From: Dehalococcoidia bacterium
Lineage (GTDB): Bacteria > Chloroflexota > Dehalococcoidia > UBA2979
Assembly: GCA_028279505.1 (NCBI GenBank)
Contig: JANQNP010000067.1
Coordinates: forward strand, 9-64,008
Reading direction: 5' to 3'
DNA: 64,000 bases
Notes under the pieces: generated by a model
What the model was told of the DNA's origin: nothing
Database searches by the model: none
The model's input: only the letters and a program-made list of their open reading frames with translations
Made by a program: the position numbers and the translations under genes
Part shown: positions 18,629 through 27,596 of the stretch, piece by piece
Layout of the letters: each line of letters starts with the position of its first letter
Position numbering within the stretch: the stretch's first letter is position 1

Positions 18629-20272
18629 ATGCTAATCGACGCCCGCAGGCTGCCCGACGGGCACCAGCTCCAGGTCGACCTCTGCATCGTCGGCGGCGGC
18701 CCGGCCGGCCTCACCGTCGCCCACCAGCTCCGCCACACCCGCCTCTCGATCTGCATCGTCGAATCCGGCCCACCGAGGCCCGACCCCGCCTACGAGGCGC
18801 TGAACGACACGCGCGCCATCGAGAGCGACCTCGCGCCGCCCGTCGACACCCGCGCCCGCGCACTGGGCGGCACCTCCCACCGCTGGAACATCGTCTCCCG
18901 CCGCTTCCCCCGCGGCGTCCGCCTCCTCCCGTTCTCCCCCATCGACTTCGAGGCGCGGTCGTGGGTCCCGGACTCCGGTTGGCCATTCCTTACCGAGGAA
19001 CTACAACCGTTCGAGGTCCAGGCGCGCCGGATCGCCGGACTCCCGACTACACCTGACGCCCCGGAGGCCGCGTCCTCCCCGGAGCGGCCACTGCTCCCCC
19101 TTGCCTCCGACCGAGTGCGAACGACCGTCGAGTGGTTCACTCCCTCGCGACGGTTCTACGAGCAGCTCCCGCGCGCAGTCGGCGACCGCGACCAAGTCAC
19201 GATCCTCACGCACGCAACGGTGACCGCAGTGACGGCCAACAAAACCTCGACGGCCGTCTCCGGCGTCACGTTCCGCACGCTCGACGGGCGTGAGCGTTCG
19301 ATCGCGGCGCGGCGAGTCGTCCTCGCCGCCGGTGGCATCGAGAACGCGCGACTGTTGCTCGACTCCCGCGACCAACACCCAGCCGGACTCGGCAACGCCC
19401 GCGACCTCGTCGGCCGCTACTACATGGACCACCTGAAGCTGATGGCCGCAGACTTCATCCCCGCCGATCGAACGCTCTTCGATCGGATGGGCTTCTACGA
19501 CATCCACGACCGCGACGGAACGACCGCCGCCGGCAAGCTCCAGCTCACCGACGAGGCCCAACGCGACGGCCAGGTCCTCAACGCCGCCGTCCGGTTCGAA
19601 CCGCGACCGTCCGACGCCGTCGTCCAGGGCACGCTCGCGGCGCGCGAGGTCGCCTCGAACCTCAAGCGCCGTCGCCTCCCACGAACAGTGACCCGCGATA
19701 TTCTCGAACACCCCCGCGCACTGCCGGCACTCGCTACACTCGGCCTGGAGCTCGCGGCGCGCCAGCGCCGCGCCATCCCATCGCTGACCGACGGCTGGTC
19801 CCGCCTCGGCCGGCCGTCCCGCCACCTCGAGCGATTCGTGCTCGAGCTGCAGATCGAACTGGCCCCCGACCCCTCGAACCGCGTCACACTCACCGAGGAA
19901 CGCAACGCCCTGGGCCAGCGCCTGCCCGCCATCTCCTGGCGCTGGAGCGACCTCGAGCGCCGCACCGTCACCGAGACCACCCACGAGCTGGATCGCGCCT
20001 TCGCCCGTGCCGGCCTAGGCTCCGTCCACCTCCGCGCGCCCGAAGACATCGAGGAGCTCACCCCCGCCGGCGACAACCACCCGACCGGCACGACGCGCAT
20101 GCACCGCGACCCGGCGCGCGGCGTCGTCGACGAGCACGGCCGCGTACACGGCATCGACAATCTCTACGTCGCCGGCAGCTCGGTCTTCCCCACCAGCGGG
20201 TACGCCAACCCCACGCTCACGATCCTCGCCCTCGCCGCGCGCCTCGCCGACCACCTCGCACGCTCGGACTAG
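18629..20272 (+). CDS. GMC family FAD oxidoreductase
   Basis: IVGGGPAG, LGGTS, AAGGIENARLLL, HPTGTTRM, ANPTLT. Confidence 0.93.
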   Translation: MLIDARRLPDGHQLQVDLCIVGGGPAGLTVAHQLRHTRLSICIVESGPPRPDPAYEALNDTRAIESDLAPPVDTRARALGGTSHRWNIVSRRFPRGVRLLPFSPIDFEARSWVPDSGWPFLTEELQPFEVQARRIAGLPTTPDAPEAASSPERPLLPLASDRVRTTVEWFTPSRRFYEQLPRAVGDRDQVTILTHATVTAVTANKTSTAVSGVTFRTLDGRERSIAARRVVLAAGGIENARLLLDSRDQHPAGLGNARDLVGRYYMDHLKLMAADFIPADRTLFDRMGFYDIHDRDGTTAAGKLQLTDEAQRDGQVLNAAVRFEPRPSDAVVQGTLAAREVASNLKRRRLPRTVTRDILEHPRALPALATLGLELAARQRRAIPSLTDGWSRLGRPSRHLERFVLELQIELAPDPSNRVTLTEERNALGQRLPAISWRWSDLERRTVTETTHELDRAFARAGLGSVHLRAPEDIEELTPAGDNHPTGTTRMHRDPARGVVDEHGRVHGIDNLYVAGSSVFPTSGYANPTLTILALAARLADHLARSD

Positions 20273-20330
20273 CGAGGCCCACCGCCCTTCCGAGGTACCC
20301 GGCCCCTCCGAGGCGTGCGCGCCGGCCGAC

Positions 20331-20834
20331 TCACGCGCTCGCGAACGCCCCCTGGTAGTGCATCTGCAGCGCCTCGAAGTGCTCGTCGCTGTCCACCTCC
20401 GCCGGCACACTCCCGGCGAGATGCGTCGCGAGGCGGTCGAGGTGCCAGTGCCACCCTGCCGCGAAATCGGGATTCGAAGCATCCGGCAACAGGTGATCGA
20501 AGGTGAGCCGGGTCCCGTCGCCGTCCTCAGTCAGCTCGAACCGGATGCGCCACGGCATCTCGGTGTCCGCGCCCCACTCGTACTCCAGCACCGACGGCTC
20601 GTCCCAGACCAGGACGGTCCCATCCGCCGAGCCGGCCTCCCCATAGTCGAAGCGCACCGCCCCGCCCGCCCGCGGTTCGAACTCCGAGCGGAACGCCCAG
20701 CGCGCCGTCCGATCCGGGTCGGTGATCGCCGACCACAGCTCGGCCCGCGACACCGGGAAGTAGCGCGAGAAGCGGACCGCCTGCCGCCCTCCGAGGTCGA
20801 TCAAGCTCCCATAATCGTCGCGATCGTCAGGCAC
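20331..20834 (-). CDS. SRPBCC/AHSA1 domain protein
   Basis: LWSAITDP, EPRAGG, AAGWHWHLDRL; GTG start overlaps ArsR end. Confidence 0.88.
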   Translation of the reverse strand: MPDDRDDYGSLIDLGGRQAVRFSRYFPVSRAELWSAITDPDRTARWAFRSEFEPRAGGAVRFDYGEAGSADGTVLVWDEPSVLEYEWGADTEMPWRIRFELTEDGDGTRLTFDHLLPDASNPDFAAGWHWHLDRLATHLAGSVPAEVDSDEHFEALQMHYQGAFASA

Positions 20835-21198
20835 CCTGGCTCCTCCGCTCGCCTCGCCGTCGAGGCGCTGTTCTTGTCGCACGACCGCGGCGGACCCGCC
20901 TACCGCGCCGCACCTCCGTATCGAGGGCATCGAGCCGGCTGTTCCAGAACGCACGGATCGGCGCCAGCCACCGGTCGATCTCCATCAACGCATCCGCCTC
21001 GAGTCGATAGATCTGCCGCTGCCCGTCGCGGGTCGCCGACACCAGCCCGCCCTCCCGGAGCGCCCGCAGATGCCGAGACACCCCCGGACGCGCGATCTCG
21101 AAGTGCGCCGCGATCTCCCCCGCCGACAGCTCGCCCTCCGTCAGCAGTTCGACAATCCGCCGGCGGGTCGGATCGGCAAGCAACGCGATCGCGTCCAT
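20827..21198 (-). CDS. ArsR/SmtB family transcriptional regulator
   Basis: LADPTRRRIVELL, RPGVSRHLRALREGGLV. Confidence 0.93.
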   Translation of the reverse strand: MDAIALLADPTRRRIVELLTEGELSAGEIAAHFEIARPGVSRHLRALREGGLVSATRDGQRQIYRLEADALMEIDRWLAPIRAFWNSRLDALDTEVRRGRRVRRGRATRTAPRRRGERRSQGA

Positions 21199-21232
21199 AC
21201 CAGAAGCGTACCCAAATTGGTACGTAACGCAA
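21199..21232 (-). promoter_or_regulatory. Leaderless promoter with palindromic operator upstream of the third ArsR
   Basis: Minus strand TTGCGT-16 nt-TACGCT-6 nt-ATG; CGTACC-N6-GGTACG at 21207-21224. Confidence 0.6.
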
Positions 21233-21274
21233 GTAGTACATATCAGTCATTGTCGAGACAGGTGAGCGAGGCCG

Positions 21275-21955
21275 TCAGCCCTCGTCGAGAGCCGACAGCC
21301 ACTCCGACCAGTACCCCTGCCAATCCTCCACCTCGGATGGCGATGCCAGGCGCTGGTGCTGCACCGTCACCTTGGTCCGGCCCCCGCTCGCCTCGCCGAT
21401 CGAGATCAGCGCGACGCCCGAACCGATCGCGATCCGAATCCCCTTCGAGGTCGGTCGAGACCGCAACTCGGTCGCGAGCCCCGGGAGCAGGTCCGCGCGG
21501 TCGTCATCCTCAAGGAGCCACGACCGCAGAGCGCCCCCATCGACGGACACCGTCCGCGAACGATTCACATTGAAGGTGCCATCCGGGCTCTGGTGAGGGA
21601 GCCGACGACCCGTGATCCGCTCGTAACCGACCGTCACCGTCTGGGCCCACCACCCATCGACGGCATGCTCACTTTCGAGGTACCCAGCGATCGCCGCGTG
21701 GCCCTCGCTGCGCCCGGGCCAGGCGTCGATCAGGTCGCACCACTCGTCCCATGCGCGGCCGGTGGCGGCGCGCACCGCCTCGTCGCTCATCTCCGGCTCG
21801 GCGGCCCGTTGGCGGACAGCCACTTCCGAGGGCAGGCGATCAGCGGTCGAGTCGGTGCTCTGGTCGATCAGGACGCGCCGTGCGGCGCCGTAGCGTTCAC
21901 CGGTCTTCGCCATCCGCGCGCGGATCCGGCGCTTGAAGCTCTCGTGCTTGGTCAT
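21275..21955 (-). CDS. Hypothetical protein: basic N-terminal helix, DUF4287-like middle region, SRPBCC-like C-terminus
   Basis: MTKHESFKRRIRARMAKTGERYGAARR; ATGRAWDEW...GWWAQTVTVGYE; SD GGGAGA. Confidence 0.8.
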   Translation of the reverse strand: MTKHESFKRRIRARMAKTGERYGAARRVLIDQSTDSTADRLPSEVAVRQRAAEPEMSDEAVRAATGRAWDEWCDLIDAWPGRSEGHAAIAGYLESEHAVDGWWAQTVTVGYERITGRRLPHQSPDGTFNVNRSRTVSVDGGALRSWLLEDDDRADLLPGLATELRSRPTSKGIRIAIGSGVALISIGEASGGRTKVTVQHQRLASPSEVEDWQGYWSEWLSALDEG

Positions 21956-22123
21956 GCAACGATCTCCCGTGTCAGGCGTGCACGACCGGCGACCCGCGCT
22001 CACCGACGCGCACGAAGACACGTCGTTGTCAGACCATCGCCGAGCACTCGTGGTCCCCTTGGCCCTCCGGGTCGACAGCGCGGGCGTCGATGAGAGGGTC
22101 TGGCGTGGCGATCCGCCGTCGCC
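21956..22123 (-). promoter_or_regulatory. Candidate structured cis-regulatory 5' leader
   Basis: -10 TATGCT at 22129-22124; multi-stem 5' domain and a ~70-nt hairpin (21958-22027) covering the SD. Confidence 0.55.
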
Positions 22124-22247
22124 AGCATAGCGAAGCGCTGCCACGTGGAGCGCCCTTCGCGGGCCGCTGGCGAGCGGACGGCGCGGCAGGCTGCCGCTAG
22201 CATTCGGCTCCGAATGAGTCGCGCGAGCGAGAGAACCGAGGCCCCCG

Positions 22248-23975
22248 ATGACGACCACCCTCCCCGGCACCGCCACCGGCCGAGGCCGCCACGACTTCCC
22301 GACGGTGAAGCAGCCCGCGGTCGGGTCGAAGGGCATGGTCACCTCCAACCACCCGCTCGCCTCGCTCGCCGGCACCGAGGTCCTCGTCAACGGCGGCAAC
22401 GCCGTCGACTCGGCGATCGCGACGATGTTCGCGCTCACCGTCGTTGAGCCGATGATGGTCACCATCTTCGGGGCCGGCTTCGTCAACATCCGCATGGCCG
22501 ACGGCACCGCCGTCGTCATCGACAACTACGCCACCGTCCCCCACGCCGCGACGCCCGACCTCTTCGACCCGATCCCGCCCGCGCACAACCACGAGGTCGA
22601 AGGCGACCTCAACGCCCTCGGCCACAAGGCCGTCGCCGTCGGCGGCACGCTCCTTGGTTGGTGCACCGCCGTCGAGAAGTTCGGCCGGCTCCCGCTCGCC
22701 GACGTCATGGCGCCCGCGATCCGCTTCGCGCGGCACGGCTTCCGCGTCAGCCCCTACCTGAACAACATCATCACGCTCGAGCTGGAGGGCATGCGCCGTT
22801 TCGAGGACACGGCCAAGGTCTTCCTCAGGGACGGCGACCCGCCCGGCGTCGGCGCCACGATCGTTCGCGAGGAGTACGCCGACACCCTCGAGGCCATCTC
22901 CACCTCCGGCGCCGAGTACCTCTACCACGGCCCCCTCGGCCGCGCGATCGCCGACGACATGGCCGCGAACGACGGCCTGATCACGATGGACGAGATCGAG
23001 GACTACGAAATCTTCGAGCGGCCACCGGTCCGCGGCTTCGTCCGCGGCCACGAAATCGTCGCCCCGCCTCCGCCCAGCTCCGGCGCGACCCACATCATTC
23101 AGATGCTCAAGATCCTTGATCACTTCCCGATCGCCGAGATGGGCTTCGCCTCACCCGACTACACCCACCTGCTCTCCGAGGCGATGAAGATCGCCTTCGC
23201 CGACCGAACCGAGTTCATGGCCGACCCGGCAACCGCCGACATCCCCCTCGACTGGCTCACCTCCGACGAGTACGCAGCCCAGCGTGCCGACGAGATCAGC
23301 CTCGACCAATCCCAGGACTACGCCCCGACGATCCCACCCGACCGCGAGCACACCTCCACCACTCACTGCTGCGCGATCGACGAGAATGGCAACGTCGTCG
23401 CGACCACCAACACGCTCCACTACGGCTTCGGCTCGAAGGTCACCGTCCCCGGGACCGGCATGCTGCTCAACAACAACATGCAGCTCATGGATCCGATCCC
23501 CGGCCGCACCAACTCGATCGCCCCGGGCAAGCGCATCCTCTCCTCGATGTCGCCGCTGATCGTGCTCAAGGACGACCAGCCGTTCATGGCCCTCGGCACC
23601 CCCGGCGGGCTGCGCATCTTCGGCGCCGTCGCTCAGGCGGTGGCCAACGTCATCGTGCACGGCATGACCCTCCAGCAGGCAATGGAGGCACCGCGCATGT
23701 GGGATCGCGGCCTCGGCCTCGAGTTGGAACAGGGGTTCGAGGTCTTCGGCGGTTTCGAGGCGCTCTCGTCCGACCTCGCCGGCCGCGGTCACGAGATCCA
23801 GCAGGTCTACAAGGTCGCCGGCGGCATGAACGGCCTGATGCGCGACCCGGAGACGGGCCTCTTCATCGGCGCCGCCTGCTGGCGCGCCGACGGCGCGCCG
23901 ATGGGCTACTCGGGCGGCGACGGCCTGATCCAGGCCGGCGACACCATAGATGCCATGCGCCGGACCTCCGGATAG
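22248..23975 (+). CDS. ggt: Gamma-glutamyltransferase
   Basis: GGNAVDSA, STTH nucleophile, GMLLNN, SSMSP, GTPGG. Confidence 0.95.
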   Translation: MTTTLPGTATGRGRHDFPTVKQPAVGSKGMVTSNHPLASLAGTEVLVNGGNAVDSAIATMFALTVVEPMMVTIFGAGFVNIRMADGTAVVIDNYATVPHAATPDLFDPIPPAHNHEVEGDLNALGHKAVAVGGTLLGWCTAVEKFGRLPLADVMAPAIRFARHGFRVSPYLNNIITLELEGMRRFEDTAKVFLRDGDPPGVGATIVREEYADTLEAISTSGAEYLYHGPLGRAIADDMAANDGLITMDEIEDYEIFERPPVRGFVRGHEIVAPPPPSSGATHIIQMLKILDHFPIAEMGFASPDYTHLLSEAMKIAFADRTEFMADPATADIPLDWLTSDEYAAQRADEISLDQSQDYAPTIPPDREHTSTTHCCAIDENGNVVATTNTLHYGFGSKVTVPGTGMLLNNNMQLMDPIPGRTNSIAPGKRILSSMSPLIVLKDDQPFMALGTPGGLRIFGAVAQAVANVIVHGMTLQQAMEAPRMWDRGLGLELEQGFEVFGGFEALSSDLAGRGHEIQQVYKVAGGMNGLMRDPETGLFIGAACWRADGAPMGYSGGDGLIQAGDTIDAMRRTSG

Positions 23976-24185
23976 GCGCTCCGTGACAGCACTGTGCCGA
24001 ACCTCCGGCTAACCACCGCCTCTCGTCCGATCTCCGGCTCGCCGAGGCGAATCACCCCCGCGGAGGGAACCGTGAGCCGTTCGGAGCCCTCAGATTCCCC
24101 TTCCGCCCCGCAAGGCTGGGACCTCCGACACTGCTAAACATCCTCTGCCGGTGTGAGGCTGATCCGCAGAACGGAGGAGCCGCTC

Positions 24186-24743
24186 ATGCCGGAACTCGCC
24201 CTGATCTACACCACCCGCGAAGGCCAGACCGCGAAGGTCGCAGAGCGAATCGCCGAGCGGTTCCGCGCCGCCGGCTCGAACCAGGTCCAGGCGTTCACCG
24301 TCGCCGAGGCGCCACGTTCGATCGCCAACTTCGACGCAATCGCGATCGGCGGCTCCGTGCACTTCGGGCACTACGAGAGCGACCTGGTCACCTTCGTGAA
24401 GCGGCACGGCAACGAACTCGCCGCCCGCCCTTCCGCCTTCTTCTCCGTCAGCGGATCCGCTGGCTCGGACGTCGAGCCTTACGCCAGCGAGTCAGCTGGG
24501 TACGCCAGCGAATTCGTCGACGCGACCGGCTGGAACCCAGACGTCGTTGGCATCTTCGCCGGCGCCATCAAGTACACCCGCTACGGCTTCATCAAGAAGC
24601 GCGTCATGCGCCACATCGCCGGTCGCGAAGGCGAGCCAACCGACATCTCCCGCGACCACGAGCTCACCGACTGGGACGACGTCGACGCCTTCGCCGACGA
24701 CATCCTGCGCCACCTCGCCCCGGCCACGACCGGCGCCACCTAG
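24186..24743 (+). CDS. hemG: Flavodoxin-domain protein, HemG-like menaquinone-dependent protoporphyrinogen oxidase
   Basis: YTTREGQTAKVA, GGSVHFG, SAFFSVS, FAGAIKYTRY, TDWDDV; SD GGAGGAG. Confidence 0.75.
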   Translation: MPELALIYTTREGQTAKVAERIAERFRAAGSNQVQAFTVAEAPRSIANFDAIAIGGSVHFGHYESDLVTFVKRHGNELAARPSAFFSVSGSAGSDVEPYASESAGYASEFVDATGWNPDVVGIFAGAIKYTRYGFIKKRVMRHIAGREGEPTDISRDHELTDWDDVDAFADDILRHLAPATTGAT

Positions 24744-25852
24744 ACCGAGCGGAAGAACGCCCCCAGCCGCTCGGCGATCACCCCAGCCTGCGCCTCGCTC
24801 ACCTCTCGAGGATCGACGAGCACCACCCCGTCATCGAGGTGGTGGTTGCGTGTGCGAATGCTCGGCGACCCACCTTCGAGGAAGGCGACCAGCTCGCGCA
24901 CCTCGAACGCCCCGTCTGCCGCCCGGATCGCCACCCGTTCGATCGGCCGCCCCGCCTCGTCGCCGCGAATCGACGCCTCGACGGCGTCGACGCCTTCGAG
25001 CGCCGCGCACACGATCGCGTTCACCCGTCGCCGCCGCTCCAGCTCCGCGGCCTCGTCCTGCGATTCGTACCGTTCGAGGGCAACCAGCAGTCCGAGGATC
25101 TGCTCCTTGCCAACCTTCATCGGCCGCGCGATCCCGCGCGTCTGCGCCTCGCACGCCTCGATCAGGTCGCGCCGCCCGGCGATGAACCCGACCGTCGGCC
25201 CGCCGAACGCCTTCCCGCCGGAGTAGGCGACCAGGTCGCAACCCATCGCCACGTAGCGGCGAAGGTCCTCCTCGGCCGCCGCGTCGACCAGCACCGGCAC
25301 GCCCGCGGCATGCGCCAGCTCGATGCAACGTTCCAGGCCGACCATCCGCTCCTGCACGGAATGGTGCGACTGCACGTACATCAGGGCCGCCACCGGCGTG
25401 CCGTCCGCGAGCGCTCGCGCGAGCAGCTCCTCGGGCACGTTGTTCACCGAGCCGACTAGCTCCGGCCGCCCGCCTCCGAGGCGGATCATCTGTTCGACGG
25501 GTGCGCCGAAGTTGATCCAGTGGCCGCCCTGCACCAGCACCCGGTTCGTCCAGCCCTCGGAGTCCGGCAGCCGCGCCACCCGGTCCGGGTCCGCACCCGC
25601 CACCACCGCCGCGGTCGCGATCACGACCCCGGCCGCCGCCCCGGTCGTCACGCTCGCCGCCTCGGCCCCCGTGCGTTCCGCGATCAGCTCGCCGGCCCGC
25701 GCCCGCAGCGAAGCCAGGTCCACGTGCGAACCGGCCGCCTCGGCCTGAGCCTGCGCGACGTCTGGGTGCTGCGCCGTCCCACCGAGGGCGGTCAACTTGC
25801 CGGCGGCGTTGATCACCGGCGTCGCACCGAACTGCTCGTAGACGTTCGCCAT
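24740..25852 (-). CDS. SelA-like PLP enzyme (DgaE, D-glucosaminate-6-phosphate ammonia-lyase family)
   Basis: VINAAGKLTALG, VQSHHSVQ, VDAAAEEDL, YSGGKAFGGPT, RPMKVGKEQI. Confidence 0.88.
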   Translation of the reverse strand: MANVYEQFGATPVINAAGKLTALGGTAQHPDVAQAQAEAAGSHVDLASLRARAGELIAERTGAEAASVTTGAAAGVVIATAAVVAGADPDRVARLPDSEGWTNRVLVQGGHWINFGAPVEQMIRLGGGRPELVGSVNNVPEELLARALADGTPVAALMYVQSHHSVQERMVGLERCIELAHAAGVPVLVDAAAEEDLRRYVAMGCDLVAYSGGKAFGGPTVGFIAGRRDLIEACEAQTRGIARPMKVGKEQILGLLVALERYESQDEAAELERRRRVNAIVCAALEGVDAVEASIRGDEAGRPIERVAIRAADGAFEVRELVAFLEGGSPSIRTRNHHLDDGVVLVDPREVSEAQAGVIAERLGAFFRSV

Positions 25853-25978
25853 CCGCGCGCCCTGCCGCTCACCCCCGGGTCAGCCCAGTGTGCCCGGATC
25901 CACCAGCCGTCGCGATCAGGGAACGCCAACGGCGGACACAACGCCCACGCGGGGTGACCAACGAGGAGAGAGCGCCCG

Positions 25979-27385
25979 CTACGCTGCCTCGCGCTCCGGT
26001 TCGTCCGTGGCGCCCGCGTCCAGCTCGGCGAGGTGCGCGCGGAACTGCGACATCTCCTGCGCGATCCCCTCGGCCCGCTTCCGGTCCGACTTGAACGACA
26101 CGTCAGCGATCTGCAGCAGGTCATCCACCTCCGTGCGCGCCGTGCCGATCTGCTCGCCGATCGAGTTGAACACCGTCAGGATCCCGCTCGTGCTCGGCAG
26201 GTGCACCGCCTCGATCCGGCCGTTCACCTCCAACGCCCGCATCAGCGACAGGTCCTGCCGCAGATACTGGACGTAGCGCCGCACCGCGCGGATGTGCTCC
26301 TCAACCTCATCGAGGGCCGCCGAGAGCCGCCCGACGTTCCCCAGCACGCACTCCGACAGCGCCGTCATGTTGCTCAGCCCGGCGGCGTGATCGCCCCCGT
26401 CCTCCGCCAGCTCCTGCGCAAAGACCATCGCCATCTCGGACTGGAGCTTCGTCCCCGCGATCACGAACAGAATCTCGCCCAGCGCCCCCGTCACCGCCGT
26501 GATCGACTCGTCGATCAACTTGAACGTCGGCTCGCTCCGCTCCGAGTTCGATCGCAGCAGCCCCGCCACAGCGGACAACGCCGCCCCGGCCGTTCCCGCC
26601 CGCGCCGAGGCGAGCAGCGCGTTCAGCGAGAACAGCCCGACGTCCCCCGACAGACCGAGGATGTAGTCGGCCTTGTCGGTAAGCTTCGGCCCGAGCTGGA
26701 CGTACGCCTCCAGGTTGAGCAGCTGGTCGACGTAGTCGTTCACCAGCGCGCTGGAATCGAGCAGCGAAACGATCGTCGGATCCGCACCCGGCGCGATCGA
26801 ACCCAGCCGTTCGCGCGCCGGCGCGCCAAGCTCCGCGTCCCGCCCCTGGATCTCCGCCGGTAGCGCGGTGTGCATGAACGCCTGGTAGCTGTTGAACCCC
26901 GCCTCGACCAACAGCTCCCCGAGCCGTGCCGTCGACGCCTCGATCGCCGGCTTCCGGTCGCGGACGTTCTCGCGCTCGATCGCCTGCTCCACCTCGAGCA
27001 GCTCGCGATAGATCGACTGCGCCGCCTCAAAATAGGCGGTAGACGGCTTCAGCCGCACCGAGAGATACCCGCGCTCGATCGGCACCACCGTCGCCATCAC
27101 CCAGTAGTAGGCGCCGTCCTTCGCCCGGTTCTTGACGTAGGCCGCGATCGGCCGTCCGGCCTCAATCTCGTCCCACAGCAGTTGGAACACGCAGCGCGGC
27201 ATGTCTGGGTGGCGAATGATGTTGTGCGGTGCGCCCACCAGCTCCTCGTCGGAGTAGCCGCTGATGCGCGTGAAGACCTCGTTGCCCGAGAGAATCAGGC
27301 CCTTGAGATCCGTCGTGGAGAAGAACAGCTCTTCGATCTTGAACGGACGCTCAACCGACCGAACCATCGACCCTTGATCGCCCAT
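25979..27385 (-). CDS. Soluble Aer-type PAS sensor with degenerate MCP-like signalling regions
   Basis: STTDLKG..GN..F..ISGY, HNIIRHPDMP, VKNRAKDGAYYWV; no TM segment; LFSLNALLASARAG and NGRIEA. Confidence 0.85.
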   Translation of the reverse strand: MGDQGSMVRSVERPFKIEELFFSTTDLKGLILSGNEVFTRISGYSDEELVGAPHNIIRHPDMPRCVFQLLWDEIEAGRPIAAYVKNRAKDGAYYWVMATVVPIERGYLSVRLKPSTAYFEAAQSIYRELLEVEQAIERENVRDRKPAIEASTARLGELLVEAGFNSYQAFMHTALPAEIQGRDAELGAPARERLGSIAPGADPTIVSLLDSSALVNDYVDQLLNLEAYVQLGPKLTDKADYILGLSGDVGLFSLNALLASARAGTAGAALSAVAGLLRSNSERSEPTFKLIDESITAVTGALGEILFVIAGTKLQSEMAMVFAQELAEDGGDHAAGLSNMTALSECVLGNVGRLSAALDEVEEHIRAVRRYVQYLRQDLSLMRALEVNGRIEAVHLPSTSGILTVFNSIGEQIGTARTEVDDLLQIADVSFKSDRKRAEGIAQEMSQFRAHLAELDAGATDEPEREAA

Positions 27386-27596
27386 GCGCACGCCTCGCTG
27401 GTTCCAACTCGCCTCCCAGCCCGGCGCCGCACGCGGAGCATCTCCGTCGCACGGATCGAGACCCGCCCGGATTCTCGCGGCCGGCGTGGCCACGACAGAT
27501 CAGGGTTGCCCCCTGCGAGGGCGCTCGTGAGCGTGTGGTGTCCGTACGGTGAGCGAAGGAACGAGGAGTCGGCAACCCGTCGCGACGCACCTGACC

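Noticed and set aside
23976..24185. Cobalamin or other riboswitch upstream of the hemG-like gene
   Set aside because: GGGAA and some hairpins are present, but no recognisable B12 box or conserved core; needs cmscan.
24740..25852. True selenocysteine synthase selA supporting the selenoprotein
   Set aside because: 370 aa, lacks the SelA N-terminal tRNA-binding region and has DgaE-type motifs (SHH, DAAAEEDL, MKVGKE), with an amidohydrolase neighbour.
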